From positions 25,406,795 to 25,470,794 of the forward strand of contig NC_092670.1 of assembly GCF_964355755.1 (NCBI RefSeq): 64,000 nucleotides of DNA, in the 5' to 3' direction. Below are positions 52,001 to 64,000 of the stretch, one piece after another. Numbering within the stretch: position 1 is the first letter of the stretch; each line of letters starts with the position of its first letter. The DNA is from Antedon mediterranea. Taxonomy: Eukaryota > Animalia > Echinodermata. The translations under genes were made by a program, and so were the position numbers. A model generated the notes under the pieces. The model was not told where the DNA came from. It did not search any database and worked only from the letters and a program-made list of their open reading frames with translations.

Positions 52001-52972
52001 AAGATATGATATCTTCAACAGAAAGTTTTCCAGACACAACAAGATTACAGATATATCATTACTGCCACTATGTCAGCAGACCCTTGAGTTTCATATACTT
52101 AGAGCAAACTTCATTACTAAAGAATGGCAATCAGCAGACGTCAATGATTTTGTCAACAACAGTACACACAATGGATGGAACGAACAAATGGAGCCTAAAT
52201 GGATTGAGACAGTGATGCCCACTGATGTCCAGGAACTGTTTACACATAATGAATATGAAGACTTTTCAGATTGCAGTGATGTGAGCGATCTTGAAGATTA
52301 GTACACGACATACAGACTGAAACACTAAAGGGAAGCATGTATGTAGTAAAAGAATTAAATTCTTGGCCTTGTTATGGCTTATTTATCTCATATATTCGGA
52401 TTGCACATGAAAAACTGGTCCAGAAAATAATATGAGAATGTCAACCTCCAATTGGCACAAAATGAATTAATTGACAGGATTAACGTGATCAGATGGGAGA
52501 AATGTCTTGCATTTTGGGTCAAAGGTCAGTAACGTTATTTCCGGTCATTTTTACAGATAATGTTCTATTAGTTTGAATATAAACATCTATATTCTGGAGA
52601 GTTTGACACCAATTACAACTTTCTGTGTCGAGTAGTTACGGAGATATGATATCTATTAGATATTGGGTCAAAGGTCAATAGAGGTATTTCCGGCCATTTT
52701 CTGACAAAATGTTCTATTACATCAAATAGGAACATGTACATTCCAAACAATTTGACACCAAAATCTACTCTCTATGACCAGTGGTTGCCAAGATATCATA
52801 GTCTACTCTAACTGGCAGCCATTTTGAAAAAAGCGCCCTCACGCAAAAGTTCTCAGGTTACAGCCCGTTTACCCAATATATTTGGATTCCCCAGAAAAAA
52901 ACTGGTCTAGAAAAGTTATATGAGAATGTCTACCTCTCCGGATGGCACCTACCTCATTCATAGCCTAGTCTA
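49093..52972. mobile_element. Palindromic Academ-type element (3.9 kb) made of two inverted 3' halves
   Basis: TAGACTAGGCTATG...CATAGCCTAGTCTA ends with 3-bp TSD ATA. Both arms carry the same XPG/PIN-like ORF end (EEADTKVILHA, FHAFTGN.YNSAF.RKGKRTCWKLL) at 49765-50367 (-) and 51744-52301 (+). Confidence 0.88.
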
Positions 52973-55619
52973 ATAATATTTACAATCATAATTGAAAATA
53001 ATATTTGACTCAGGCGCATCACAGCTGCGGTCCAAGTGAATTGCGCCGGGGGCCTGATACAGTAATGCAATTGTCGTCACACCGCTGTAAAAAAGAAATT
53101 ACGTTTATTCGTATGCCATAACAAAGTGACGAGCGGATAGTGGTTCATTTCATTTTTAACAGAGTTTCTATTATCTATCGTCGATATATAGATGGATAGT
53201 GATCAATGCGGAATTTACTCAATTTATAATAGAAACAGCCTATCGACACTCCAGTATTGCTCTTATTTCGATGCATGTTATCAACCAGAAGCTGCAGAGT
53301 AATGGCTAACGTAAGTGCCGTACAGATTTGTACAGGTTTTTCCTGGGAGTGTGGGTTCGTTTATATTCCTCAGTTACAAAATACGCCTTATTGTGTCTAT
53401 TCACCTAATTTATATCAAATGTTACTACTAACTCGTTTTCTGCCTACTGTTTATTTGTATCTATGAGTTGTCTGCATACCATAACATGGTTTATTCATGT
53501 ATTGCATAGACACATAGTATACGTACATCCGGGCCCATTACATATTAAATAATACATCACAACACATCATTTGTTGATATAGGCCTAGAGTCATACATTA
53601 TACAATACATCCATCTGTTAATACAAGATATTTGTCACTTATAACGAAACAGTTACTGGATAGAACTAGTTACTGGAACAAAAAGTGAAAATGTAAATAA
53701 ATTAATCTCATTGTTAACCTTTTGTATTTACAAATCTAAATAATTATATGAAATCTTCAGAAAAGTATACAAAAAGATCAACAATGATTTGGCGCTTGTT
53801 CCGAGTAGAACTCAGAAATTATTTATATATGTTTTGCTTGTAATGTAAATAAAGCTCACATTAAATGGGCTAAAGTAAAAGAGAAATTAATGAATCACAT
53901 TTCATAAAATCGAGAAAAAAAAAATTGTTTCTTTTCTCTTTCTTTCTTTTTCTTTCTTCTATATTGAGAAAAATTAAAAAGAATACTGAAGTAACTTTTT
54001 TAATACACTTATCGTATTTTACCTATAAACAGAAAGATGAAAAAGAAAGAAAGAAATATAAAGAAAAACAACGCTTCAATACGTTGGCCAAATGTTATAA
54101 GAGGGTATGTGCCAATATAACAAATTAAGCTATGTTTTAAAAAGATATCTCTTTTAACCATATTATAGTACATACATGTTATAAACACATGTTTTTTTTT
54201 AACATAAATATACTTTGCATGGCCTGGGCAATAATAAAAGCACACTCTGATAAAAGTACTAAAAATAAAATAAAAACAAATTGTATCACAAATAAAATTC
54301 GGAACTACTGTATTTACGGCCATTGATTTGTTATACACTATCCCTTCACTTTAAAATATATGTGGGCTAAAAAATTAAAGCGATAGTGGATATGGAACTT
54401 TTGACTGTTTAGACTTTTCGAAAATAAAAGACGCTAAAGAAAATTGTTGCTGTGTGAATTAGAAGTGCGCGCAAAAATAAAACGAAAATATAAAATGCCA
54501 AACTATATTATTTTGGGTGTTTTTCGTGGTGCAAAATTGGTAAGTTATCGAATTAAGATGTGAAGTATTTTTAGACAAGGAATGACCTGGTTTAATGTTT
54601 TAAAGTAATATATGATTATGCATTATTTTTACAAAAGGTCAACAAGGGAATGGGTCTTTTAATTCTAAACCGCCTGATATATGCTTAGGCTACTGGAAAT
54701 TGATTAATAAATAGAAAGCAAATTTCATATTGAATTTTAATTATTATTATTATTACTAATAGAGGTTTAGAGCCGTTTGAGTTTTGATAGATTTATTTTA
54801 TAGAATTTAAAAAGTTTATAGAATTATTAGACCTATAGATTTTTATGCCTTTTTCACATTTCTGAATTTGTACAATTGTAAAATTTTATAATTTAATTAT
54901 TATGTAATTTAATCTATTTATATCAATTTCAGTTACATTACTGTTAAACTGTAAACAGTTTAAAACACATTCAGACAATGAACTTACTTCCAGACTTTTA
55001 CGGTTTTATCAGGAAAATCGGTTTGGATCATATTTAAGAAGTAATTAAAGACACTAGACCTACGTTGTTTTTACCGAATTTGCACTCTAAATTTTATGTA
55101 AAAATAAATACCATAAATTGCGATATTTTTAGTCTTTAAACGGTGAAATGTGAAAAATCCCCAACATGCATCGCGCGCGGATTGATAATATGTTCGTATT
55201 GTATCGTAATGCACTCACTTCAACCGATCCCATTAAAGGGTAAACAAATAAAAGAACCGTTTTCAGCAAAAATTCCTGGTTTTCCCCAATTAGTATTAAC
55301 GGATTCTGCCAAAAAAAGAAAGACAATTAATTCAGAAAGTCTATTTTTAAGTCCATATATCTTGGTTCGATCATCAAAGAAGAGGGCTAAAAAACAGTAA
55401 TTGCAAGAGCACCATAACCAGCCATTGCTGTCGCAAAGCTAAACATTATTTGGAGAGACAAAAACATTAGTCTGAAAATAAAAAAATCTGGACCAAGATC
55501 CCAATTCTGGACCACTTTTATTATTTTTACTAATTTCAAGTCGTACGTCAAAAAAGACAGATCTTTATCACAATTTGTTGTCCTTTTTCTCTTTTTACTT
55601 CGGAGGTTGCATACAGTAT

Positions 55620-56315
55620 GTTTCCAAAGTGTGATTTGTGGAATTCCATCTCTTCATCATATGTGAAAGTATATAGAAACTAAAATGATGTCTCTACCTA
55701 GAGTAGTGGTTATGGTGACACGTAAATCCTGTGTGAAAGCATAGTCAATGGAATTGTTGACTATGGTGAAAGTTACCTTAATCCTTTGAAAGTAAGGTCA
55801 GAGATCAAATACGGGACTAATGGACATTTGTTGGACAAAATGTTCCATAAGAACAATTAAAAAAAAAATTAACTGTCTACAACTAGCGGTCGGCGTTCTA
55901 TGGGCAGGGCCTATACCCTATATTTTAACCCTTAATTTGCATATTTCAGCTAATTTGCATATGTTCCAAAGGTGTTACCGAGGTGTGATTTGTGGAATTC
56001 CAGCCCCTCATCATATTTGAAAGTATATAGAATAAAATAAAGGTTCTCTCTAGTTGAGATAATGGAGATACGTAAATCCTGTGAAAATTACATATAATTC
56101 TTTAAACATAAGGTCACAGGTCAAATACAGCATTTCCGGTCATTTTTGGACAAAACGTTCCATAAGAAGGAATATAAACATATATATTTTGAACAATTTA
56201 AAATTAAATTTACTTTCTACAACTAGCGTTTAGCTTTCCCTATATTTTACCCTAATTTGCATATTTCAGCTAATTTGCATATTTTCTCAAGGTGTGATTT
56301 GTGGAATTTCATCTC
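55620..56315. repeat. Two to three diverged ~310-360-bp tandem units, probably a HINE-type core
   Basis: gtgtgatttgtggaatt recurs at ~55629, 55983 and 56292 with homologous downstream blocks. Confidence 0.6.
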
Positions 56316-57146
56316 CACTTATTTAATTTCTTCAACTACATTTTTTCTCCATTTCCATTTCCTTTTATTGTCATTTGCATATAAATTAAAACAAAAATAA
56401 TACATAGAAATTGTGTTTGCTCTGAGACACAAAATACAGATATAAACAAGAAATATTTCTTACAAAAAACGCTGCTCGCTTATTGACGTAACAGTTTTAA
56501 AGATATATTGTCCCTCTGAAAAATATTTTTTATTTCAAATTTGTTTTTGAATGTGTCATTTTATTGTCACATACGGGGTCACATAATAGTTATTTTACCT
56601 GAAAAAAATGTAATTAAAAGCGAAAAATACAATTGTCTGTCAGACAATGTGGTTTTTGAGTTATAATTAAACGTTTCTTTTCTCTTAAAAAAATGTGAAT
56701 TTTGATACAGAAGTGAATAACTTTGATATGAAACAGACTCAATTTAGTTTATTTTATTGCCAAGGTCAAGTCTGGGGGTCAGTATCATTACAAACAAAAA
56801 CTTTCATGGACTGTTTTGATCTGACAGCGAAATACAGTATTGTCATGGGACTCATAAATACCAGAAATGCAGCTGCTACCTATAAATCATAGTGGAGTTT
56901 CCATTTTAACAAAAATGTCAAAGTGTAGTACTATACTTCTGCTTGATTTCATCGAATTAATGAGTCTAAATGGGCTAAAACAACACAATTACAATGATAT
57001 AAGGTCACATCACTCTCGTACGGAATCTTAACTAATAGACGCTGTTGCGAAACCTATTAGTACGAGAAGTGATGGACCGACCGGTATGGACCGGTTCTGA
57101 TAGGTCTTTAGAGATATTTACCACATACATTCTAACTTTGTGTAAC

Positions 57147-58305
57147 TATGGAAGGCAATCGCCGCCAAAAATACAAATATTAAAAAAACAATGTACTTTC
57201 ACAAACGAACAACCTACTTTCACAAACGAACAACCTTCTTTCACAAACGAACGAACTAATGTAAAACAAACAACGTACTTTAAAAAACGAACAACCTACT
57301 TTAACGCGAACAACGTATTTTTTACAAACGGACAACGTACATTGATAAACGAACAACCTGCTTTACCAAACGATGTAGATTGCCGAATGAACTAAGGACT
57401 AGTCCATTTTTTAAGTCGGGTATAAAAACACCACATGACCTGAGGAAAATAAAATGTTGTTAATAGTGAGCTCTCTATTTTGTGTCTAAGAATATAGAGT
57501 ATACACTATATAACTACATACAGTGTAGCAAAGGTAAAATTATGGGACCCGCCTTTTATTTCAATTTTTATCATGATGACGTCATCAAAATGAACACGAA
57601 GATAGCAATTTTGGAAGGAATTTATCTGAGCAACAACATATTAACGTGTAGAATTGAAGAATTTGGATGCGTAGAATATAGATGCGCGCTATTTTAAATG
57701 AACTATGACGCAAAAGATGAAAATACGACTTTTATAATTCAACTGGCCATAAATGATGTCACAACATCCGATACGCAACATTTTTACATGAATTCGTATC
57801 TAGAATTCAACATCTTCCAGAAAACGTTTTCATGAGGGTCACTTTTCCTCCATTTGTCAGGATGAGTTTTGCTTACGCGCGCAAGATACAGGCTGCTCGC
57901 TTTGAGATCCCTAAGGCATATCCTCTTATCGGAACTTTTGCAATTACCCGACTTAAGAAATAGGCGAGTCCTTAGTTCATTCGGCAATCTACATCGTTTG
58001 GTAAAGCAGGTTGTTCGTTTATCAATGTACGTTGTCCGTTTGTAAAAAATACGTTGTTCGTGTAAAAGTAGGTTGTTCGTTTTTTAAAGTACGTTGTTTG
58101 TTTTACATTAGTTCGTTCGTTTGTGAAAGTAGGTTGTTCGTTTGTGAAAGTACATTCTTTGTTTTAATTTAGATCGTTCGTTTGTGAAAGTAGGTTGTTC
58201 GTTTGTGAAAGTAGGTTGTTCGTTTGTGAAAGTAGGTTGTTCGTTTGTAGTGAAAGTACGTTGTTTGTTTTACTTTTGTATTTTTGGCGGCGATTACCTT
58301 CCATA
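57147..58305. mobile_element. Non-autonomous DNA element with long (~250-335 bp) TIRs containing a 21-bp minisatellite
   Basis: TATGGAAGGCAATCGCCGCCAAAAATACAAA...TTTGTATTTTTGGCGGCGATTACCTTCCATA. Arms 57147-57400 and 57968-58305 contain tactttcacaaacgaacaacc repeats. Confidence 0.85.
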
Positions 58306-58521
58306 GACGATCAAAGCATATTGATCCAAACGTTGAGAAACTCAACAGTTCTTTTCAGAACTAATACACGTGGTGTACCGCAACTGTAACTTTTGATTTC
58401 GCCATGGAAACCTTCAAACAACTATAATTGTAATGACAAAATGTTGCTCATATCCAATAATATGATCATAATTATTTTATACCGTAGTAGGCCTAAATAA
58501 TATTATATTGGTTTTTTTTAG

Positions 58522-58637
58522 GTCAAGCGAAAACAATTCATTCTGTTTGTAAGCATTGTCGCTTGTTTCCTCTATGGTTTTACATACACATACAGAAATA
58601 TTGAATTATCGTATCCGAAGCCTAAACAATGTAAAAG
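58522..58637 (+). CDS. Transmembrane/stem exon of a probable third ST8Sia-like paralog (possible upstream coding exon ending ATGGCTAAC|gtaagt at 53302-53310)
   Basis: ttttttag|VKRKQFILFVSIVACFLYGFTYTYRNIELSYPKPKQCK+AG|gtgggt has the same YPxPxxC end and phase-2 donor as the first coding exons of paralogs 1 and 2. No catalytic exon found in the window. Confidence 0.6.
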
Positions 58638-58933
58638 GTGGGTAGCAATTCTTTAATACAAAATAATAACAATAATAATTAAAGCCGAGTGGAATTTATT
58701 TAAAATAATCTGTGTAGTATAAGTTTAAACCATTATGCTAATATTTGTTCTATGTGTTTAAATTTTACAGCAGTGTAGGACCTAAATCAGAATTTTAACA
58801 AATGTATAGACGAGTTTAAACTTTATATATGTCAGGTACCATGTCACGGTTTGGACTATAAACTTCACCAATCAACGAATATTGGATAGGTTTAAGACTG
58901 ATGATATTGTATTATTCAAGCCAACAATAAACA

Positions 58934-58987
58934 AACAAGGCCAACAGCCATAAGTCGCGTGCTAAAACGCATAGTGATACCGGACAA
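58934..58987 (+). mobile_element. Partial HINE family A end
   Basis: aacaaggccaacagccataagtcgcgtgctaaaacgcatagtgataccggac matches 38067 onward. Confidence 0.75.
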
Positions 58988-59369
58988 AATGAGTACGCTA
59001 TAAATAACTAAACTATAGGAATACCGTCAGCGGTGGTTCTAAACAATGTAACTAACCACATATAACACATGAAATAAAACACTATGATTATCAAATTTGT
59101 GATGTTAAATCCAGGTGATCTGTAAATATATCTACGTTAACATGTTATTTCTGTATACTAGCTATCATACAAGTTTGCGTACGTAACATTTACACAAGAT
59201 GCCAATGGATGCCAAAATCGAAAACTACATGCATCCTCATCAACACTTATGCATAGACTACTTATTAAATATTATAACGTAGATTCTAATTATGATCTAA
59301 CAATGATTAACTATACACTGATACTCACTCTTGAGCTCTCAATTAACAACCGGCAATTAAACTGTAGTT

Positions 59370-60486
59370 AACAATTGGCTGGCTCCCTGTGTTATCGGGC
59401 GTTCCGCAGGGCTCGATCCTGGGCCCGCTTTTGTTTAATTTATTTATCAACGATCTTCCTTTAAAATTTAATCATTCCGAGTCTCTTTTATTTGCTGACG
59501 ATCTGAAATTGTTTAAAGTGATTACCACTCCACAGGATGCTTTTTCACTTCAGGAGGATCTGGATGGTCTCGTGGAATGGACGGAGAAGTGGGGGATAAA
59601 ACTTAATGCTAATAAATGCAAATATTTATCTATAACACTTAAAAAAAGGCCTGTGCTCTTCAATTATAATCTGAGTGGACATGATCTTGAGATGGTTTAT
59701 GTATGAAAAGATTTAGGTATTTTTATTGATAGTAAATTAAATTTTTGTTCACATATTAATCATGTGTTGTCAAAAGCTAATAGAATGATGGGCTTAATAT
59801 GGAGAAATTGTAGGTTTATGAACGACGGCAGGGCACTTTTATCTTTATACAAATCTATTATACGTCCTCACCTTGAATATTGTTCCGCAATTTTCAATTC
59901 AATTTCTCCATGTCAGGCCCGTCGAATCGACACTGTTCAACGGAAGTTTGTTCGATTCCTGTCTTATAACTGTGTTAATTTTGCCTTTTCCATTGATTCT
60001 GTCAGCAATCGTCGAACGATATCTGATATGTTTTTTTTATATAATATTTTAAATTCTAAATATGACTGTTCATTAATTTCACTATTTAGTTTAAATGTTC
60101 CTGGTCGTACACGAAATAGACATTTATTGCATATTCCTTTTAGCCGTGTCGACTGTACTAAGAGGGGACTTTTTCATAGACTACCTTATACATTTAATAA
60201 TCTAAATAGCAATCATATCGATATTTTTAATGATAGACTTGGTTATTTTAAGAGGACGATGATGTGTTCACTTCTTGAACAGCCTGCATAACCTGTTTTA
60301 ATTGAAATTGTTTATGGCATGCCAATCTATGTTTTATATATATATATATATATATTTTATCTGTATTTTATTGTTAACCGTTTTTGATGTTGTATTGTTT
60401 TATGTTTCAAACCTGTTAGTGGCGGTATTTATCGCTGTTGGTTTTGATTGAATAAAATAAAATAAAATAAAAATAAAATAAAATAA
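59370..60486 (+). mobile_element. CR1/Jockey-group LINE 3' fragment with (AATAA)n tail
   Basis: SGVPQGSILGPLLF, LFADDLKLF, KDLG, LYKSIIRPHLEYCS; frameshift at ~59705; AATAA repeats at 60451-60486. Confidence 0.9.
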
Positions 60487-60544
60487 TATGCCGTGTCTCA
60501 GAAAGACACGTGCGTCTTATTACTGCTTCTCGTTACCTACACTA

Positions 60545-60947
60545 AGGCCCATTTACACTAGGACGATAACGATCGACGATAAATAAACAAATAATGCATT
60601 GCTCATACATAAAACAAAAGAAATCTAAAAAGTTTTTATTCTAGGACTATTTAGGAACCATCTATGCTTCCTTTGATGAAAATGATATTTTCAGACGTCC
60701 AATCAAATGACGTCATGATTAGTAAGAGCAATAATATCGTGACAATACAACGATATTTTTTGTTTATTGATCATGACGTCATTTGATTGGATTTAAAAAA
60801 AAATATTATTTTATCAAAGACAGAATAAATGAGTATTCTATAATTCTAGAACGAAAAACTTTCTAAATTATTTTGTTTTATATAAGAAAATGCATGCTTG
60901 CTTATCTATTTATCGTCGATCGTTATCGTCCTAGTGTAAATGGGCTT
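60545..60947. mobile_element. PIF/Harbinger-like MITE, near-complete ~400-bp palindrome
   Basis: GGCCCATTTACACTAGGACGATAACGATCGACGATAAATA at left and its reverse complement at right, with TWA-like flanks. Inner ccaatcaaatgacgtcatgat is also mirrored. Confidence 0.88.
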
Positions 60948-62199
60948 TAACATAAAAAATCACGACATAAACATAGAGGGCGTACTTCAAATATCCTAAA
61001 CGATGCAATCGTAAACCAACAAATCTCGTCACAGTTAAGAAGGTGTTTTCACACAGATCAGGAGGAAGTTTTATGATTATGAGTAGCCAAACAAGCGCGT
61101 TGCATTATGAGATATGTTTTGATTGAAAACTTTTGACTGGAAGTCAAAGTTATTTTTTGAACAAAAAACGTCTGTATTTCAGTTAAATGATATTTTTTCC
61201 AACTAATTTTTGATACTTCAAAATGACCCACTTTTTTTTCGAAATCTTTTTTTTTTAATTTTTTTGGAATTAGTCAAAGGGACAATACATCTTTAAAATT
61301 GGAATAGTTTATAACAATAACACAAATGTAAATTATGCGGTAGGGTGGTTAGTCGATTAGTATGTTATGTAAATCATTTGATTTGGTTTATATTCCATTA
61401 CTCACTGTATGTATTTTTTTCTTTTGTATTTTAATTTATGGTTTATATTATGTTAGTCCTCTATAAAAAGTTTGGGGGGCATTTTTTGTTAATAGCAGGC
61501 AACCATGTTGAATATATCCTTTGTGGGGTGACAAAACCGATAGGGGTAGATGCCATCTTCAATTTTGAGTTTTAAGGTCAGTTTATATGGTCAAGAGGTC
61601 AAACAAGGTCAATTTATAAGATTTTTATTTTATTCACGGAAAATCATCTACATCATCAGATCTATCCAAAAAAGAGATTTTTGAAGATCAACTGATGTTT
61701 CATATTATAGTAATTATGAGATAAACATTTTATTTTACACATAAAAACATAGGAAATTAAATATAAAAGTGTCTTTTTCTCAAAATGTTGTTTTCACATA
61801 CTTCTGTAAAGTACACAGTTTTATAATAGGCTTTCGATCCCCAGTCTGTTGTTAATTTGTCTTTTTTATGTTGTCCACCAGTCATCGTTTTGATTTTTGT
61901 CGGAAAAATAGGTCAAGTATAATATGTATGAAACGCCATATGTGCCAAAAGATTGCTCTTTTCCTATAATATTATTAATATTATCTATAATAATATAATA
62001 ATATTTGAAAGTTTGTTTTTAGAAAAATCTCGAACACAGAGACCCTCAATATGCCCTCACTGTTTTGTTTGGGTCAGAGATGTTTTTTTTGGGTCAAAGA
62101 CCCTCTATAATGTAATTATTTAACATTTTTGTTCATTCTTTCAATGATACAAGTTTTTGTTGAAGTTTGTATCGAGTCTCAAAAACCCTATATTGGACT

Positions 62200-62790
62200 T
62201 AATCAAGGTTGGAAGGAGTGGTATAAATGGGTTCTCCTTCTTAAAGCCTTCGCATCTATGCTTTCTTGGCTGACGGTGATAACAGATATGAAACTCCTTA
62301 AGTAATTAAGAGGTCCTTTATACACATGGATAAAGACGGTTTCAACGTTATTTACAAACATTACGTTGGCCTACTGTGTCTAGGTATGGAATCCATATCT
62401 CCAACAAGACATAAGCGCACTTGAAAGAGGAAACGTCATGCGACAAAACTAATTCCAGCTATCCATTCTTATTCATATGAAGATTGTTTAAAGTTTCTTG
62501 GCCTAACAACCCTGTATGACAGACGAATTCGTGGTGACTTGATTGAAACATTCAACATTTTCAAAAGGTTTTGAGGGTGTAGCCTAGGAAGACTTCCTTC
62601 AAATGAGATGCAGAAATACACGAGGACATCAGCTTAGACTTTTCAAACCTAAATTTCACAAAGGACTGATAGGAGATCCAACTTTTCACAATGAGTAATT
62701 ATATATTTGAATGGTTTGCCAACCGAAGTCGTCATTTCTGAAACCACCAACACATTTAAAAACCGATTGTATTCGTTTTAGAAATGAGGT
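62200..62790 (+). mobile_element. Degenerate CR1-like LINE 3' end
   Basis: Remnants LGLTTL, RRIRGDLIETF, TRGHQLRLFKP. Confidence 0.7.
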
Positions 62791-63499
62791 TAAAAGGGTA
62801 AAGAAGTTTTACCTATCTAAACTAATCAGAACCAAATATTCTAAACACTGAGTGGATGATTGATCGATTCAAAATAGAATCATTGGTGGTATATCAAGAA
62901 ACGCTGCAATTTATTGATAGGTTCTGCATGACATGGTCAGACTGATCTCGAATCACACATAATACACAATATTCTTTCGACCTGACATATGATAAGGAAG
63001 ATCTTACATTTAAAGTAACAACTTATTAAAAGATAAAAAAAAAGTAGAACTTAGAACTTCATGAGCCACTGAGAAAGCATCGTTCTAAACCTTTGCGGAT
63101 TTCTATAAGGCAACTGTTTCGATAAAGTATATCAAAACAAAAAAAACTGACAGAAAATCTGCTGACCAACTATTGGAGTATGATCATAGCTCAATTATAA
63201 TATGTTTAACCAAATCTGACTTCAGATATCTTGATGGATGGCATTGAAATACCCACAGATGTTCCAGAAGAAAACCAAAAAACATGTTGGTCATGCACTA
63301 AAGGATTCAGTAAACATAGCTGTCAAACATCTGGTGACTATGCAAGTATTTATAAGTTACCTAGAAATTTCGTCATTTTATTGTATTTGATCATAACATT
63401 GGAACAAGCAGTGAAACGATTGAAACGTATAGTCCCAATGTACTAATCTGTACTTACATGTGTTCGGAGCCACATTCATCGGTTTGGAGGAGAACAAAT

Positions 63500-63800
63500 A
63501 TGACAAACATTCTTCTATGTCAATCACAAAGAAGCTTATGCAATTATACATGAAAGTTGATGTATGATATACACTTTGTAACTCCAATAGCAACCGTACT
63601 AAAGTATGGACGATATCTAGTATACTGAACAATAAAGTGGTTGAAAACCTATTAAGAACAATCTAACCAGCTTCCATTCCATTACAGGTTGCAGCACGTC
63701 ATTATTTGCTGGTGGTTATGGAAAGAAATCCTAGATACTGGAAATTGTTTGTAACGCATCCACTCCTTGTAAATGGAATTGATTAACATTAAGAATTTGT
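63500..63800 (+). mobile_element. Degenerate second Academ-like (XPG/PIN-domain) transposase remnant
   Basis: FYVNHKEAYAIIHE and FHSITGCSTSLFAGGYGKKS*/YWKLF parallel the EEADT..LH and FHAFTG..GK..CWKL motifs. Confidence 0.55.
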
Positions 63801-64000
63801 ACGTACATTGTACAGTAAAGTTTAATTGCCAAATATATGGTACTCTTGAGCAACTGTATAATAACAGACTACTCTTTGGAGGGTCTTGAAATGCTACCTC
63901 CATCTAGACTCAGTGACCATATACCATGAACACTAGTGATATATTTCCCTTAAATATTAAGTATTTCACTTTACAAAATAAATATTTAAGGACTGACAGT

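Noticed and set aside
49765-52301. Duplicated host XPG/FEN1-like nuclease genes
   Set aside because: Intronless, frameshifted and truncated, and bounded by TAG...CTA termini with a TSD, so transposon-derived.
58771-58800. Candidate next exon of paralog 3 after ttttacag
   Set aside because: In the required phase it reaches TAA within ten codons and lacks the CLPP and sialylmotif sequence.

Overview
AT-rich, intron-containing animal genomic DNA. An invertebrate deuterostome such as an echinoderm is likely, but that is inference from the gene and repeat content. The first 10.3 kb is a compact gene block: ENDOV (-, runs off the left edge), DNAL4 (+), an LRRC14/PRAME-like LRR gene (-) and an alpha-2,8-sialyltransferase-like (GT29/ST8Sia) gene (+). 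A second ST8Sia-like paralog lies at 31.6-34.3 kb, and the transmembrane exon of a probable third at 58.5 kb. The intervening DNA is mostly transposon-derived. It includes a Penelope-like element split in its YVDD motif by a hAT-type element, an ~8.6 kb foldback structure built from inverted 106-bp satellite arms, and a Gypsy element with a nested LINE and HINE. It also holds a 3.9 kb palindromic Academ-type element and many MITEs, HINEs and LINE fragments. Tandem arrays show direct TA->TAGGCCTA/TACTGTA/TACCGTA insertions that look like transposon excision footprints, and the same words form dense clusters just inside gene 5' ends. All coordinates and translations were read by eye; no searches were run.
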